NCBI GenBank assembly: GCA_963713925.1
Contig: OY970212.1
Span: 32,001 to 96,000, forward strand
From: an uncultured bacterium
GTDB taxonomy: Bacteria > Babelota > Babeliae > Babelales > Vermiphilaceae
Direction: 5' to 3'
Length of the DNA: 64,000 nt
The translations under genes and the position numbers were made by a program. Below are positions 37,998 to 48,501 of the stretch, one piece after another. The notes beneath the pieces were generated by a model. The model saw nothing but the letters and a program-made list of their open reading frames with translations. It ran no database searches and was not told the origin of the DNA. Position 1 is the first letter of the stretch, and each line of letters begins with the position of its first letter.

Positions 37998-40337
37998 ATG
38001 AAAACATTATTCAATAAAGATGTGCAAGAGACCATTCCGGAACTAGTGCCGGTCATACCAACACTTGATGTTGTCGTATTTCCGCACATGATTGTTCCGC
38101 TCATGGTCATGGATGAAAAAATCATCAAAGGTATTAACGATTCTTTAGAAGAGTCAAAATTAGTATTGTTGCTTGCAGCAAAAAAACTAACTGACAGCAC
38201 TGAACCGATCGGAACCAAAGATCTTTATACAGTGGGAACAATCGCATCGGTTATGCGTGTCATCAAAATCCCTGAAGGCGGAATCAAAATTTTGGTGCAA
38301 GGGATTTCAAAAGCTCGAGTGACTTCTTTAGTGCCGGAAAATGAAAGTCTCCATGCCCATATCGAACACATTGAAAACATTGTGAATCATGCCGAAATGT
38401 TAGCCGCTCAAATTAAAAATCTTAAAGCATTGAGTGAGCGTTTGGCTGGAAATTCAACTACGTTCAGCCCAGACTTTCATATTATTCTTGCAAAAATGAA
38501 CGACCCGGAAAAAATTGCTGATTTTATTCTCTCACATCTGACTTTGTCTGTTGATGAAGCTCAAAAACTTCTTGAAATGCAAGATCAACAAGAATTGCTT
38601 TCTGCTCTTTATACATACTTGCATAAAGAAATTGAAGTTGCCGAAATGCAAGAAAAAATCAGAAATAATGCGCGCGAATCCATGAATAAAGCGCAAAAAG
38701 AATTTTATTTACGTGAGCAAATTCGCGCAATAAAAAAAGAACTTGGTGAAGATGATTTTGAAGAAATCGATGTAATGCGGGAAAAATTAGCCCAACTTTC
38801 TCTTGCGTCTGACATTGAACTTGAAATTACTCGCCAAATCAATCGACTTGAAAAAACATCGCCAGATTCTATGGAAGCTGCTGTTATCAGAAATTATTTG
38901 GAATGGATCTTTGCATTACCCTGGCACACTGAAACCGTCGAAATCAAAGATATCGCCTTTGCTCACAAAGTCCTTGAAGAAGAACATTATGGATTACGCG
39001 AAATCAAAGACCGCATTTTAGACTTCATTTCCGTCAGACATTTAAAAGAAGATGGATATGCCCCTATTTTGTGTTTTGTCGGGCCTCCAGGAACAGGAAA
39101 AACATCTCTTGGTAAATCAATCGCGCGAAGCTTAGGTCGAAATTACGCCCGTATTTCACTCGGCGGCGTGAAAGACGAAGCTGAAATTCGAGGCCATCGC
39201 CGCACATACGTAGGCGCAATGCCGGGACGATTTATTCAAGCAATACGAAAAAGCGGCTCAAACAACCCACTGATTGTCATTGACGAGCTTGATAAAATTG
39301 GATCCGATTTTAGAGGAGATCCATCAGCAGCCATGCTTGAAGTGCTTGATCCTCAACAAAATAAAACCTTCTATGATAACTACTTGGGAGTTCCTTACGA
39401 CTTGTCTCGAGTTATGTTTGTTGCAACCGCAAACAGCCTTGACACTATTTCAGAACCACTTCGAGATCGAATGGAAATCATTGAATTAAGTGGATATACA
39501 ACGGATGAAAAATTACACATAACCAAAAATCACTTGATCAAGCGTTCGATCCAAGATATGGGACTCGAGAAACATCAAATACAATTCACTGATGCAGTAT
39601 TGTTTGACATTATCTCCAACTACACAAGAGAATCTGGAGTTCGCCAATGTGAGCGCCTTATTCGCAAGTTGTGTTCAAAGGTTGCTCGTTCATTGGTGGA
39701 AACAGAAAGCGTGTGTACGTTTGATGTGGAAAATCTGCCGAACTATCTTGGGCCGCGTCGCTTTGTTGAAGATGATGTGAGTCTTGAAGATCAAGTGGGA
39801 ATCACCAACGGCCTCGCCTACACTCCGTATGGCGGCGAAATGATCAAAATTGAAGCAATTTTAATGCCTGGTAAAGGAAAACTCACGCTCACAGGTAAAC
39901 TCGGCGACGTTATGAAAGAATCTGCTCAAGCGGCGATGAGTTATGCTCGTTGTCACGCGAAAGAATTCGGCATTAGCGAACGCGTGTTTACGCACAATGA
40001 TTTACATATTCACGTGCCGGCCGGAGCGGTTCCTAAAGATGGGCCATCAGCGGGAATCACCATTTTGACTTCGATTTTATCGGCGCTTACTCAACGCCCG
40101 ATCAATGCTCATTACGCAATGACGGGAGAATTGAATCTGCGTGGTGAAGTAATGCCTATCGGCGGAGTTAAAGAAAAAATCCTTGCCGCAAAACGAAACA
40201 AAGTAACTCACGTTATTTTGCCTGCCAAGAATAAACATGATCTTATGGGTATCGATGATGTGGTCAAAGATATCGAAGTTATCTTTGTATCTCACGCACA
40301 AGAAGTACTTGATAAAGTATTGATGCCATCTGCATAA
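37998..40337 (+). CDS. lon: ATP-dependent Lon protease
   Basis: GPPGTGKTS, DEAEIRGHRRTY, PKDGPSAG; start at ATG 37998 after AGGGGG. Confidence 0.97.
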   Translation: MKTLFNKDVQETIPELVPVIPTLDVVVFPHMIVPLMVMDEKIIKGINDSLEESKLVLLLAAKKLTDSTEPIGTKDLYTVGTIASVMRVIKIPEGGIKILVQGISKARVTSLVPENESLHAHIEHIENIVNHAEMLAAQIKNLKALSERLAGNSTTFSPDFHIILAKMNDPEKIADFILSHLTLSVDEAQKLLEMQDQQELLSALYTYLHKEIEVAEMQEKIRNNARESMNKAQKEFYLREQIRAIKKELGEDDFEEIDVMREKLAQLSLASDIELEITRQINRLEKTSPDSMEAAVIRNYLEWIFALPWHTETVEIKDIAFAHKVLEEEHYGLREIKDRILDFISVRHLKEDGYAPILCFVGPPGTGKTSLGKSIARSLGRNYARISLGGVKDEAEIRGHRRTYVGAMPGRFIQAIRKSGSNNPLIVIDELDKIGSDFRGDPSAAMLEVLDPQQNKTFYDNYLGVPYDLSRVMFVATANSLDTISEPLRDRMEIIELSGYTTDEKLHITKNHLIKRSIQDMGLEKHQIQFTDAVLFDIISNYTRESGVRQCERLIRKLCSKVARSLVETESVCTFDVENLPNYLGPRRFVEDDVSLEDQVGITNGLAYTPYGGEMIKIEAILMPGKGKLTLTGKLGDVMKESAQAAMSYARCHAKEFGISERVFTHNDLHIHVPAGAVPKDGPSAGITILTSILSALTQRPINAHYAMTGELNLRGEVMPIGGVKEKILAAKRNKVTHVILPAKNKHDLMGIDDVVKDIEVIFVSHAQEVLDKVLMPSA

Positions 40338-40345
40338 GCAATTGA

Positions 40346-40390
40346 GAAAAAAGAAGAGTCGAGCTTGAATAACTCGGCTCTTCTTTTTTC
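40346..40390. terminator. Bidirectional intrinsic terminator
   Basis: GAAAAAAGAAGAGTCGAG..CTCGGCTCTTCTTTTTTC. Confidence 0.75.
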
Positions 40391-40404
40391 ATAAAGATAT
40401 CGAT

Positions 40405-40917
40405 TTAAACTTTTTCACCGGTCGCCCAACTCCTTACTGAATAACCGGCTACCTTAATGCGGACCGTTTTTTCATCAAAACTTATTTGCCTAAATGCTCT
40501 AAAAAGTATTTCTAGCACTGATTTTTGCGATTCTTTTTCAATCGTGGGTCGTACCCATCCGTTAAAAAAAAGAGCATCTTCTTGTTTTGTCGTAAGTCGT
40601 TTGTTTTCTCTATACTTGCCCCAATCACATGGATAATGATCTTGATATTCGACATAGCGAGCCGAACTGTGTTGTAACAATGCGGCCGGCAGTTTGTAAT
40701 AATGAACTTTTTGATTTCGTATTTCACAAGCTTGAGACAAAAGATAGTCATAAATTTTATGGGGACTAATAGTTAATACCACTTTATTTTTCGGCTCTTG
40801 AGCATCGAACGCCAAATACACATATTGTGTTTTCTCCTCCTTTTTCTCGGGAAGATCTGCCGAACAAATCGTATTGGCCCAAAGCATTGTCGCCGATATA
40901 ACAAATAATTGCTTCAT
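40405..40917 (-). CDS. Secreted hypothetical protein
   Basis: AAGGA RBS, signal peptide. Confidence 0.65.
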   Translation of the reverse strand: MKQLFVISATMLWANTICSADLPEKKEEKTQYVYLAFDAQEPKNKVVLTISPHKIYDYLLSQACEIRNQKVHYYKLPAALLQHSSARYVEYQDHYPCDWGKYRENKRLTTKQEDALFFNGWVRPTIEKESQKSVLEILFRAFRQISFDEKTVRIKVAGYSVRSWATGEKV

Positions 40918-40928
40918 TCATCATCCTT

Positions 40929-42290
40929 TTAACAAATGATTTCATTTTTCTCTATCGCCTTATCCCGTTGGCCTGAAATTGCCAGAGCGATCACAATCCA
41001 CACACACAACAAAGTAAAGCTCCCAAAAGATGTAAGTTGAAAGAAAAGGAGGTTGCCAAGCGTATATCTTGAAAGCCCGGTCAACGACCCAAATGCCTTC
41101 GCTCCTCCAAGGCCAAACGTTTCTATCCAGGTCTGGCTCTGATACTTCACATCAGTTGTAGTGGGAATATACAGTTGCTTAATTGAAGGGGCGTTTAAAG
41201 AATAATTAACTGCTTTTGCAATGATGAGCGCAACCATGACAACAGTAATAGTTGGCACAAAATAAAACAGCATCAATGCGCCAATCGTGCAGATAAATGC
41301 CACGATAAATGCGTTTCGTATCCCATATATTCTCTGAACATTATTAATACCAAATAAGAGAAGTAAGAAGGTGACTACGTTAATTCCAAGCGCATACCGC
41401 GACAAAAGAGCGGACGCTCCTTCAATATTTGAAAATGAGGAGAATACCATCGTTTTGAAATTGAGATCGAGGGTGGTGATTACATATTCAAAAAAAAGAA
41501 CGAGCAGGGCTATCCCCGTCAAATATTTATACATCCAAATAAGTTTAAAGCCTTCCAGTAAGCCCAACTCTTTTCGATGAGCCACTTGTGCGCTCGCAGT
41601 TCCGTGATAACCTTCCATGCTTTTTTTTGAAATGGTTGAAACAAGAACATGCATAATGCCCGCCGCTAGAAGAAGAAAGAGGAATGCGCACCCGATAAAC
41701 GCGATTTGTGAAACATGTAATGATGACCGTAAGGCAGACAATGCCGATGGTATAACAATGCCGCCAAACTGTCCCAGCATGACAATAAAACCGAATCCTT
41801 TTCGAGCCTCGGCCTGACTTGAAACATCAACAACAAATGCCCAAAAAGTGGCGACAACAAGAGCATTAAAACTCTCAACGCAGAGAAACCATAACCATCC
41901 CGACCAATAAAAAGGACTTGGAACACCAGCGAACTGGTTGAAAGAAAAAAAGAGAAAAAAAAGGAGAAAGAGAATGGAATAGAGCGTGGTAATAATATAA
42001 AAGGCGGTTGCTTTTTGATACCGATTTAAAACCCGTCCATATACAATCGTACTCGGAATTAAAACCAATAGCGCGATAATGCGCGCCCAAATAAAGTAAC
42101 TTTCACGCGCTTGACGGTCAGCACATGAGGCAAACCCTATAATTCGCTCACAAAAAAGGGTATCTCGCACCGGCATCAACGACCACATAATGCCTACGAT
42201 AATGGCAAATATGCTCCCAAGAAGCGTAAATTTATATAGTTCTTGATCGGTGAAGTTACCGTAATATTTTTTAATGAATCCAAAAATCAT
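40929..42290 (-). CDS. Nucleotide (ATP/ADP) translocase, Npt/TLC family MFS
   Basis: About 12 TM; VRDTLF, FWAFV.D, KAVNYSLNAP..QLYIPT..VKYQSQTWIE. Confidence 0.85.
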   Translation of the reverse strand: MIFGFIKKYYGNFTDQELYKFTLLGSIFAIIVGIMWSLMPVRDTLFCERIIGFASCADRQARESYFIWARIIALLVLIPSTIVYGRVLNRYQKATAFYIITTLYSILFLLFFLFFSFNQFAGVPSPFYWSGWLWFLCVESFNALVVATFWAFVVDVSSQAEARKGFGFIVMLGQFGGIVIPSALSALRSSLHVSQIAFIGCAFLFLLLAAGIMHVLVSTISKKSMEGYHGTASAQVAHRKELGLLEGFKLIWMYKYLTGIALLVLFFEYVITTLDLNFKTMVFSSFSNIEGASALLSRYALGINVVTFLLLLFGINNVQRIYGIRNAFIVAFICTIGALMLFYFVPTITVVMVALIIAKAVNYSLNAPSIKQLYIPTTTDVKYQSQTWIETFGLGGAKAFGSLTGLSRYTLGNLLFFQLTSFGSFTLLCVWIVIALAISGQRDKAIEKNEIIC

Positions 42291-42453
42291 GTGACCTGCT
42301 ATCAATTAATGATATCTATTACCATATCAGACAGACAAAAGAAGATGAAGTAAATAGAATCTTTGGTGTAACACTAAAAACCCGACCTTCACATTCGCGC
42401 AAAGGCATGGTAAATTCCTGCCGAAATGGACTTCATATAACGAGAGTCGGCAC

Positions 42454-44001
42454 ATGAACAAAATATCCAATCAAAATATCTTCTTTTTCATCTTACTTTC
42501 TCTGTATTCGTATAATATATTCGCTGGATTTCCCGCAGGAACACCGGTTAAAACAACAAGTGGATATCAGCCAATTGAAACAATCAAATCAGGCCACCAT
42601 CTTACCTCGTATGATACAAATGCGGGCTTTATTGAAAATCGAGTAAATTTTTCTTGGGCACAAGCTACCGACATATGCATTGTTATCCATTATCTTGAAA
42701 CTGAACTGATTTCAAACGCAAAACAACAGTTTTATCTTCCTGAATCGGCTTCATGGGTTGCGGCACGTGAGTTAAAGCCAGGCGACAAATTGCTTTCGGC
42801 AAAACATGGACATATCGTCATTGATGCAGTTGAACAACTTCCTTTTGCAGGGTTTACTCATTGTGTACGCTTTGATAATATTCACAATTTTTGTGTATCG
42901 CACGATGACATCGTCACGCATAATAGCGCCGGCCTTACATGGAAAATGAGACTCTGGCCCCCTCCAACTCCTCTTGAAATCGGGCTAGGAGTTCTTTTTA
43001 CTGTTGGCGCAATTGTTGTAAGAAAAATCATGACCAATTTTGGGGCCCATGAAGATACGCATGGAAAAGATGGTGTTTATCGCGGGAATCAACATCTTGC
43101 TGATTTGCGATATCAATACAACCCTGAAACTGATTTTGATAATCCATATGCATATTATCACCACAAGCAAGAAACTGAGGGCTATTATAATCCAAATTAC
43201 GAACATTCTTCATCTTTCCTCAACAACGATGATATTTCTGCTCATAATGAAACGTACACAGGGCATCTTCATAATGAAGCTATCGCTCAAAACATATATC
43301 ATCAAAAAGTGTCCTCAACCCAAAATATTCCACCTGCGATTAGCATAGAGCCTTCAGTCGACAACAATGCGTTACAATCGGCTCAAGCTCCCACCCAAAC
43401 TTCGATTACCACAATTTCAGGTCTTAATACTGAAACTGCATACTGTCCGACAACAATTCCTGATCCGGAGGTTCGAAAACAGCCACATGGCTGCCCAACC
43501 CCGCCACCTCCTACACCAACTCACACCGGCGGAGAGCAAATACCAAAACACGAACCAACTATTTTTGTAACACCGACACAACCACCTCAAGAAAAACCAA
43601 CCGGTTGTTATCCACTTCCGTGGCCGGAAGGAACATCCTCCGGACTTATTCTCAAGCAAGAAATTACACGAGAGAGACCTGCTGCTCAAGGAGGTAAAAT
43701 AAAAACAGTTGACGACATTCTTAAAGACGCAGAACCATTTACTGACAATAAGAAGCGATCTGATCAAGGACGAGCCGACATCTATGTAAAGCCGGGAGGT
43801 TTTGATGATGCATTGCAAGATTTTGAATCGCTGGGGCCAACAAATATTAGAGAGATACGTAACGGTAATAAGGGAAAAGTTGGGGATTTGCCTGATGGAA
43901 GAACCGCAAATGTTCGAGTCAAGAGCGACGACGGAAGAGCGACACTCGAAATTTATAATCCAGTTGATGAGAAAAGTATAAAAATTAGATACGGAGAATA
44001 G
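42454..44001 (+). CDS. Sec-signal Hint-domain polymorphic toxin with C-terminal toxin domain
   Basis: Signal ..NIFA then GFPAGTPV; HNFCVSHDDIVTHN; TM helix; Pro-rich linker; KPGGFDDALQDF..LPDG..VR..S..TLEI..KIRY tip. Confidence 0.8.
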   Translation: MNKISNQNIFFFILLSLYSYNIFAGFPAGTPVKTTSGYQPIETIKSGHHLTSYDTNAGFIENRVNFSWAQATDICIVIHYLETELISNAKQQFYLPESASWVAARELKPGDKLLSAKHGHIVIDAVEQLPFAGFTHCVRFDNIHNFCVSHDDIVTHNSAGLTWKMRLWPPPTPLEIGLGVLFTVGAIVVRKIMTNFGAHEDTHGKDGVYRGNQHLADLRYQYNPETDFDNPYAYYHHKQETEGYYNPNYEHSSSFLNNDDISAHNETYTGHLHNEAIAQNIYHQKVSSTQNIPPAISIEPSVDNNALQSAQAPTQTSITTISGLNTETAYCPTTIPDPEVRKQPHGCPTPPPPTPTHTGGEQIPKHEPTIFVTPTQPPQEKPTGCYPLPWPEGTSSGLILKQEITRERPAAQGGKIKTVDDILKDAEPFTDNKKRSDQGRADIYVKPGGFDDALQDFESLGPTNIREIRNGNKGKVGDLPDGRTANVRVKSDDGRATLEIYNPVDEKSIKIRYGE

Positions 44002-44004
44002 GAT

Positions 44005-44412
44005 ATGACTGAACAGTGGGAGCGCTGGGATCCAATGCCTGGGTTGCTAAAAAAATATTATGCCGAAAAAGTTATAGAAACTCCGAATGGATTCTCATTG
44101 ATGCTTATTGGATACGAAAAGAATCAAGAAAGTGAAATTTTGCTTGATTTTGGAAAATCGGTCAAGGCATACAGAAACGTTTATGAAACCTTTCGCGATA
44201 ACCTTATCATAGATTTGGATGAAAAATACGGAACAGGTTTCTATGGAGAGTGGACCTTTTTTAAAGTCAAAAATTCAGAGTATTTCAATCTTATCGAAAA
44301 AAAGTTTCTTGGAACCTCTCCAAATGCGTCCTTTTCACATTTTTGTTTGATCTTGGCAGAATCGGTTATCGATATTATAGCTTACGATGAACCAAAAATT
44401 ACCGTGTTATAA
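44005..44412 (+). CDS. Putative cognate immunity protein
   Basis: Begins 3 nt after toxin stop; EQWERWDP, WTFFKVKNSEY, HFCL. Confidence 0.75.
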   Translation: MTEQWERWDPMPGLLKKYYAEKVIETPNGFSLMLIGYEKNQESEILLDFGKSVKAYRNVYETFRDNLIIDLDEKYGTGFYGEWTFFKVKNSEYFNLIEKKFLGTSPNASFSHFCLILAESVIDIIAYDEPKITVL

Positions 44413-44431
44413 AAATGATTGGATCAAAATC

Positions 44432-44848
44432 ATGATATCCGAAAATTGGGAACGATGGGAACCGTTACCAAGCCTTTGCACAAAGTACTCCTTAGAAAAA
44501 ATAATAGAAGAAGGGGAAGTTTCTATAGTATTATCCGGTCACAAAAATGAGACAAGTAGAATCTTGCTAAAGATTAGCCGTCTGTTCGCCTATACAGTGA
44601 CGAAAAATTCATTCGACGATAAACTTTTTAACGATTTACAAGAAAAATACGGCCCTGAATTTCATACCACTTGGACCTTTTTCAAAGTCAATAATTCTGA
44701 TTTTATCAAATGGATTGATCAAGAATCATCCACTATTGCGTCCAGTTGGGCAAGGGAAGAAAAACCTATGCAACATTTTTGTTTGATTACCATGGAAGAA
44801 GTTATAGACATCATGGTGTACGGTGAACCAAAAATAACTCGGCTGTAG
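44432..44848 (+). CDS. Paralogous (orphan) immunity protein
   Basis: ENWERWEP, WTFFKVNNSDF, HFCL..EPKIT: clear paralog of 44005..44412. Confidence 0.75.
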   Translation: MISENWERWEPLPSLCTKYSLEKIIEEGEVSIVLSGHKNETSRILLKISRLFAYTVTKNSFDDKLFNDLQEKYGPEFHTTWTFFKVNNSDFIKWIDQESSTIASSWAREEKPMQHFCLITMEEVIDIMVYGEPKITRL

Positions 44849-45022
44849 GCGCGACTGAGCTATGGGACGATTGCCCCGTTCTTCAAAGTATTCTACATAG
44901 AAAATCTTACCCTCCTACTCCAATTCTCCAAGTATTGCCGCTTTTCAAAATTCAAAAATGGGGTATCTTATTTCTATAAAGCTAGAAATCTAGACAGCTT
45001 ATTACAATAAAGGTACACAATC

Positions 45023-45325
45023 ATGCTATTTGGTTTGCTGACAACTCTCTTTATTATCATTGGAATTTTCCTTATACTCCTCGTTCTCATTCAGCAAGGT
45101 AAGGGAAATATGGGCTTTGGAAACATGGGTGGCGCTACCCAAATGATCTTTGGTGGATCAGGTGGACAAGACGTTTTCCAAAAAACTACCTGGGTTTTAG
45201 GAGCACTATTTATGGGACTTTCAATGCTTCTTGCTCTTATGCGGGCTCAAAGCCTTCCTTTCTATCACCATGCTCGTACCCAAGCTCCTGTGAGCGCACC
45301 GGCTCAAGCGGGGGATGTTGAGTAA
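45023..45325 (+). CDS. secG: Preprotein translocase subunit SecG
   Basis: LVLIQQGKG..FGGSGG..FQKTTW. Confidence 0.9.
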   Translation: MLFGLLTTLFIIIGIFLILLVLIQQGKGNMGFGNMGGATQMIFGGSGGQDVFQKTTWVLGALFMGLSMLLALMRAQSLPFYHHARTQAPVSAPAQAGDVE

Positions 45326-45399
45326 ATGAATCTGTGGGAGATTATACAGTTGAGTTATTTTAATGGGCCCCAAATAAGCCGATACCATTTCATCAAATC

Positions 45400-45443
45400 T
45401 TTCTACTTCGCTAAAGCTTCGTAGAACAAGTCGTAGAACAGGC
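45400..45443 (-). repeat. REP-like family C variant with internal duplication
   Basis: TTCTACTTCGCTAAAGCTTCGTAGAACAAGTCGTAGAACAGGC. Confidence 0.6.
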
Positions 45444-45463
45444 GCCATTTGGGTAAGGACGGT

Positions 45464-46243
45464 ATGTTTGTAAGCGTGGTCAATTACATAGGTAAAGTTA
45501 CACTACATGTGAGTTCATTGTTAGGCTCATATGTGCTTTTTATCTTCTCCACGCTTAAAACACTCTTCACTACGCGCCTTAAACTTTCAAAACTGTTTGC
45601 TCAAATGGAAATGATCGGCGTTGAATCGCTGGTTATTGTTATTTTAACGGGGACATTCTCCGGAATGGTATTTGCGCTCCAAAGCTATATCGGCTTTAAA
45701 CGAGTCGGTGGCGAGCAGTTTATCGGGGCCATTGTCGCACTCGGTATGATCCGTGAGCTTGGGCCTGTGTTGACCGGGCTCATGGTGACCGGACGAGCTG
45801 GATCATCAATTGCCGCAGAAATTGGCACCATGCGCATCACCGAACAAATAGACGCATTGCGCACACTTCTTATCAATCCATTTCAATATCTCATAGTTCC
45901 CCGCATTATTGCAGGAACGATAATCCTCCCTTTTCTTGCGCTTTTCTCTATGATCTGCGGCATTGCCGGGGGTTATATTATCTGCGTCTATGTATTAGAA
46001 CTGAGCCCTGAAGACTACATGAGTAACATACGCACCTATGTTGAGATGAAAGATATTTTCGGCGGACTTACAAAATCAAGCGCATTTGGATTTATTCTCA
46101 GCTCAATTGGATCATATCAAGGCTATTTCACCGTCGGTGGAGCTCGAGGAGTCGGAATCTCAACAACACGAGCCGTTGTTGTTGGATCCATCATGATTTT
46201 AATCTCGAATTATTTCTTGACCAAAATGTTGGAGCATTTGTAA
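45464..46243 (+). CDS. mlaE: Mla/Mce ABC transporter permease
   Basis: RELGPVLTGLMVTGRAGSSIAAEIGTMRITEQIDAL. Confidence 0.92.
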   Translation: MFVSVVNYIGKVTLHVSSLLGSYVLFIFSTLKTLFTTRLKLSKLFAQMEMIGVESLVIVILTGTFSGMVFALQSYIGFKRVGGEQFIGAIVALGMIRELGPVLTGLMVTGRAGSSIAAEIGTMRITEQIDALRTLLINPFQYLIVPRIIAGTIILPFLALFSMICGIAGGYIICVYVLELSPEDYMSNIRTYVEMKDIFGGLTKSSAFGFILSSIGSYQGYFTVGGARGVGISTTRAVVVGSIMILISNYFLTKMLEHL

Positions 46244-47011
46244 ATGAGTACAAAAATTTCAATAGTTGGGCTTAAAAAACAGTTTGGTTCAAAGACAATT
46301 ACTAATGGCGTTGATCTTGATATCCCTGCCGGACAAATGACCGTTATCATTGGTCGATCCGGTGAAGGTAAATCAGTATTACTCAAACAAATTATCGGAC
46401 TCATTGAGCCAAGCTCAGGCCATATTTATATCGATGGTATTGATATAACAAATGTCACTGAAGAACAACACAACGAAGTTCTTAAAAAATGTGGGTATGT
46501 TTTCCAGTTTGCCGCACTCTTGGATTCGCTTAATATTTATGAAAACATCGGTATCACTCTGCTGGAAAACGGCGTGTCCCATGAGCAAGTCTTGCTGATT
46601 GTCAAAGAAAAATTGGCACAAGTGAATCTTGAAATGGATGTTCTGTATAAATATCCTTCAGAACTGTCTGGAGGGATGAGAAAACGTGTTGGTCTTGCGC
46701 GCACATTGGTCACAAAGCCTGAAATTATCTTGTATGATGAGCCGACCACCGGGCTTGATCCAATTACTTCCAGAGTTATTCATGAACTCATGTTTCAAAT
46801 GCAAAAACAACTGGGTACAACAACAATAGTTATTTCACACGACGTTGAAATATTTAAATTTGCAGACAATGTGGCTTTGCTCCATGAGGGCAAAATTAGA
46901 TATTTCGGACCCGCAAAAACTATCTGGGAATGCGACAATCCATTCGTACATCAATTTATACGTGGTGATCTACACGGGCCTATAGCTTCAGAAGTTGCGC
47001 ATAGCGCGTAA
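46244..47011 (+). CDS. mlaF: Mla/Mce ABC transporter ATPase
   Basis: GRSGEGKS, FQFAALLDSL, LSGGMRKRVGLAR, YDEPTTGLDP. Confidence 0.92.
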   Translation: MSTKISIVGLKKQFGSKTITNGVDLDIPAGQMTVIIGRSGEGKSVLLKQIIGLIEPSSGHIYIDGIDITNVTEEQHNEVLKKCGYVFQFAALLDSLNIYENIGITLLENGVSHEQVLLIVKEKLAQVNLEMDVLYKYPSELSGGMRKRVGLARTLVTKPEIILYDEPTTGLDPITSRVIHELMFQMQKQLGTTTIVISHDVEIFKFADNVALLHEGKIRYFGPAKTIWECDNPFVHQFIRGDLHGPIASEVAHSA

Positions 47012-47132
47012 TGATATTTTTGACAAAAATGCATTTTTACATCACAATCAGGCTCGTTGAAATGTATGAAAGTACTGCAACAAAACCTCTATCCTTTGAT
47101 AAACGGAAGACATTTTTAATTGAAAGGTTTTT

Positions 47133-47933
47133 ATGAAAAAGCTGATTGTTTTTTTATCGGGATTCATATTTGCAACAGTCTGTTCAGCAAGTATCCTTGT
47201 TAATGGAAAGGTGAACGGTATCTCTTTTTCAAAAACGAGCTCACAATTGCGTGAGATTTTTGACAATCTTGATAAGTATCACTCAAAAATTCCCGTTTCT
47301 GTAACTATCGAAACTGAAAAAACAATCGGTTTGATTGAGCCGTACACCGGAAGACGATATAAAGAAACACAAAGGGAAACTATTTATGCAAATAAAGACA
47401 AAAGCTGGAATAAAAATAGCCAACTAGCAGACCGCACATGGACCCATGTTTTTTTTGGCGACGATAACGTAGTACGATTAATGGATTACGGTCTCAATCT
47501 ATACAACACAGACGCGAGAGATATATCATGCTTATCATTTCAGTTTGATGACAAAACTCTTGTTCGAAAATTTACAAAAGCAGCGGGGATGACAAGATTT
47601 CTAATTATTAATCGTGGAAACAAAAATCCTGTAGCGGTAGAAGTTGGAACAGGGGAATTTGATGATATATGGACGAAGTTTATAGAAAAAGCAAAAGCAA
47701 CAGGTAGTTTTAATGCAAAAAGTTTTGAAGTGATGGCCGGCTGCCGCAAAGAAGAGCGTGTCGTCATGATAAAAAAGAACGGTGCACTTGCTGCAGTAAT
47801 GAGACCTCATCTTATTGGGCATGAAGAGCTTCTTTTCAAAGAGCTCGACCCCTATAGCATTATTATAAGCTTTAACAACAATAACAAATCAGTTCGAGAT
47901 CTTGTGAAGGCTGTCAAAGAAGTGGCAGTTTAA
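47133..47933 (+). CDS. Secreted hypothetical protein
   Basis: MKKLIV..CSA signal peptide; hairpin at 47941..47963 follows. Confidence 0.65.
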   Translation: MKKLIVFLSGFIFATVCSASILVNGKVNGISFSKTSSQLREIFDNLDKYHSKIPVSVTIETEKTIGLIEPYTGRRYKETQRETIYANKDKSWNKNSQLADRTWTHVFFGDDNVVRLMDYGLNLYNTDARDISCLSFQFDDKTLVRKFTKAAGMTRFLIINRGNKNPVAVEVGTGEFDDIWTKFIEKAKATGSFNAKSFEVMAGCRKEERVVMIKKNGALAAVMRPHLIGHEELLFKELDPYSIIISFNNNNKSVRDLVKAVKEVAV

Positions 47934-47993
47934 GTTTGATGCTCCGGCTCCAATAGCCGGAGCTTTTATTTTCAACACATTTTAAAGATTTGT

Positions 47994-48458
47994 ATGAAAA
48001 CACTCTTTATTTTTTTAGCAAGCACATTGTTCTGCATGCCCTGTGCTGGGGCCGAATTTTCTGTAAATTGCTTTGGGGCAGATGCAACATCTGCTAATCG
48101 AGGCTACATCTATGCCATGGTTAGTATAAGTCCCGCTTACGGTGAGATTAGAAACTATAATCGACGCTTGTTTGCTGCCGAATGGAAAAGTTTCATTAAG
48201 AGTTCTAAGTCGGAAAAAGAAGAAATAGGGTTCAGGATAACAACAACAGGAGCACAAAACAAATTTTATATTACAAAAGATCGAGGTCAATCAGATGCCA
48301 GTATTCAGGGCGTTGGGAAACGAGGAACGCCGTATCAATACAAAAATCTTTCTACTCAGATGAATAACGTAGAAACGGTTGTCATTACTTTTGCAAGGTC
48401 TCATCCATCAATTGATGATTTTATGAAGAAGATAGCATCAATCGCATTGCCTGATTAA
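47994..48458 (+). CDS. Secreted hypothetical protein
   Basis: Signal peptide. Confidence 0.6.
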   Translation: MKTLFIFLASTLFCMPCAGAEFSVNCFGADATSANRGYIYAMVSISPAYGEIRNYNRRLFAAEWKSFIKSSKSEKEEIGFRITTTGAQNKFYITKDRGQSDASIQGVGKRGTPYQYKNLSTQMNNVETVVITFARSHPSIDDFMKKIASIALPD

Positions 48459-48501
48459 TCATTCATGAAAATTACTCACAAGTGAGTTGTAAGGAACCAT
48501 T

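Noticed and set aside
45221..45448. 75-aa minus-strand ORF (LVLRSFSEV)
   Set aside because: Translation of a repeat plus antisense of secG
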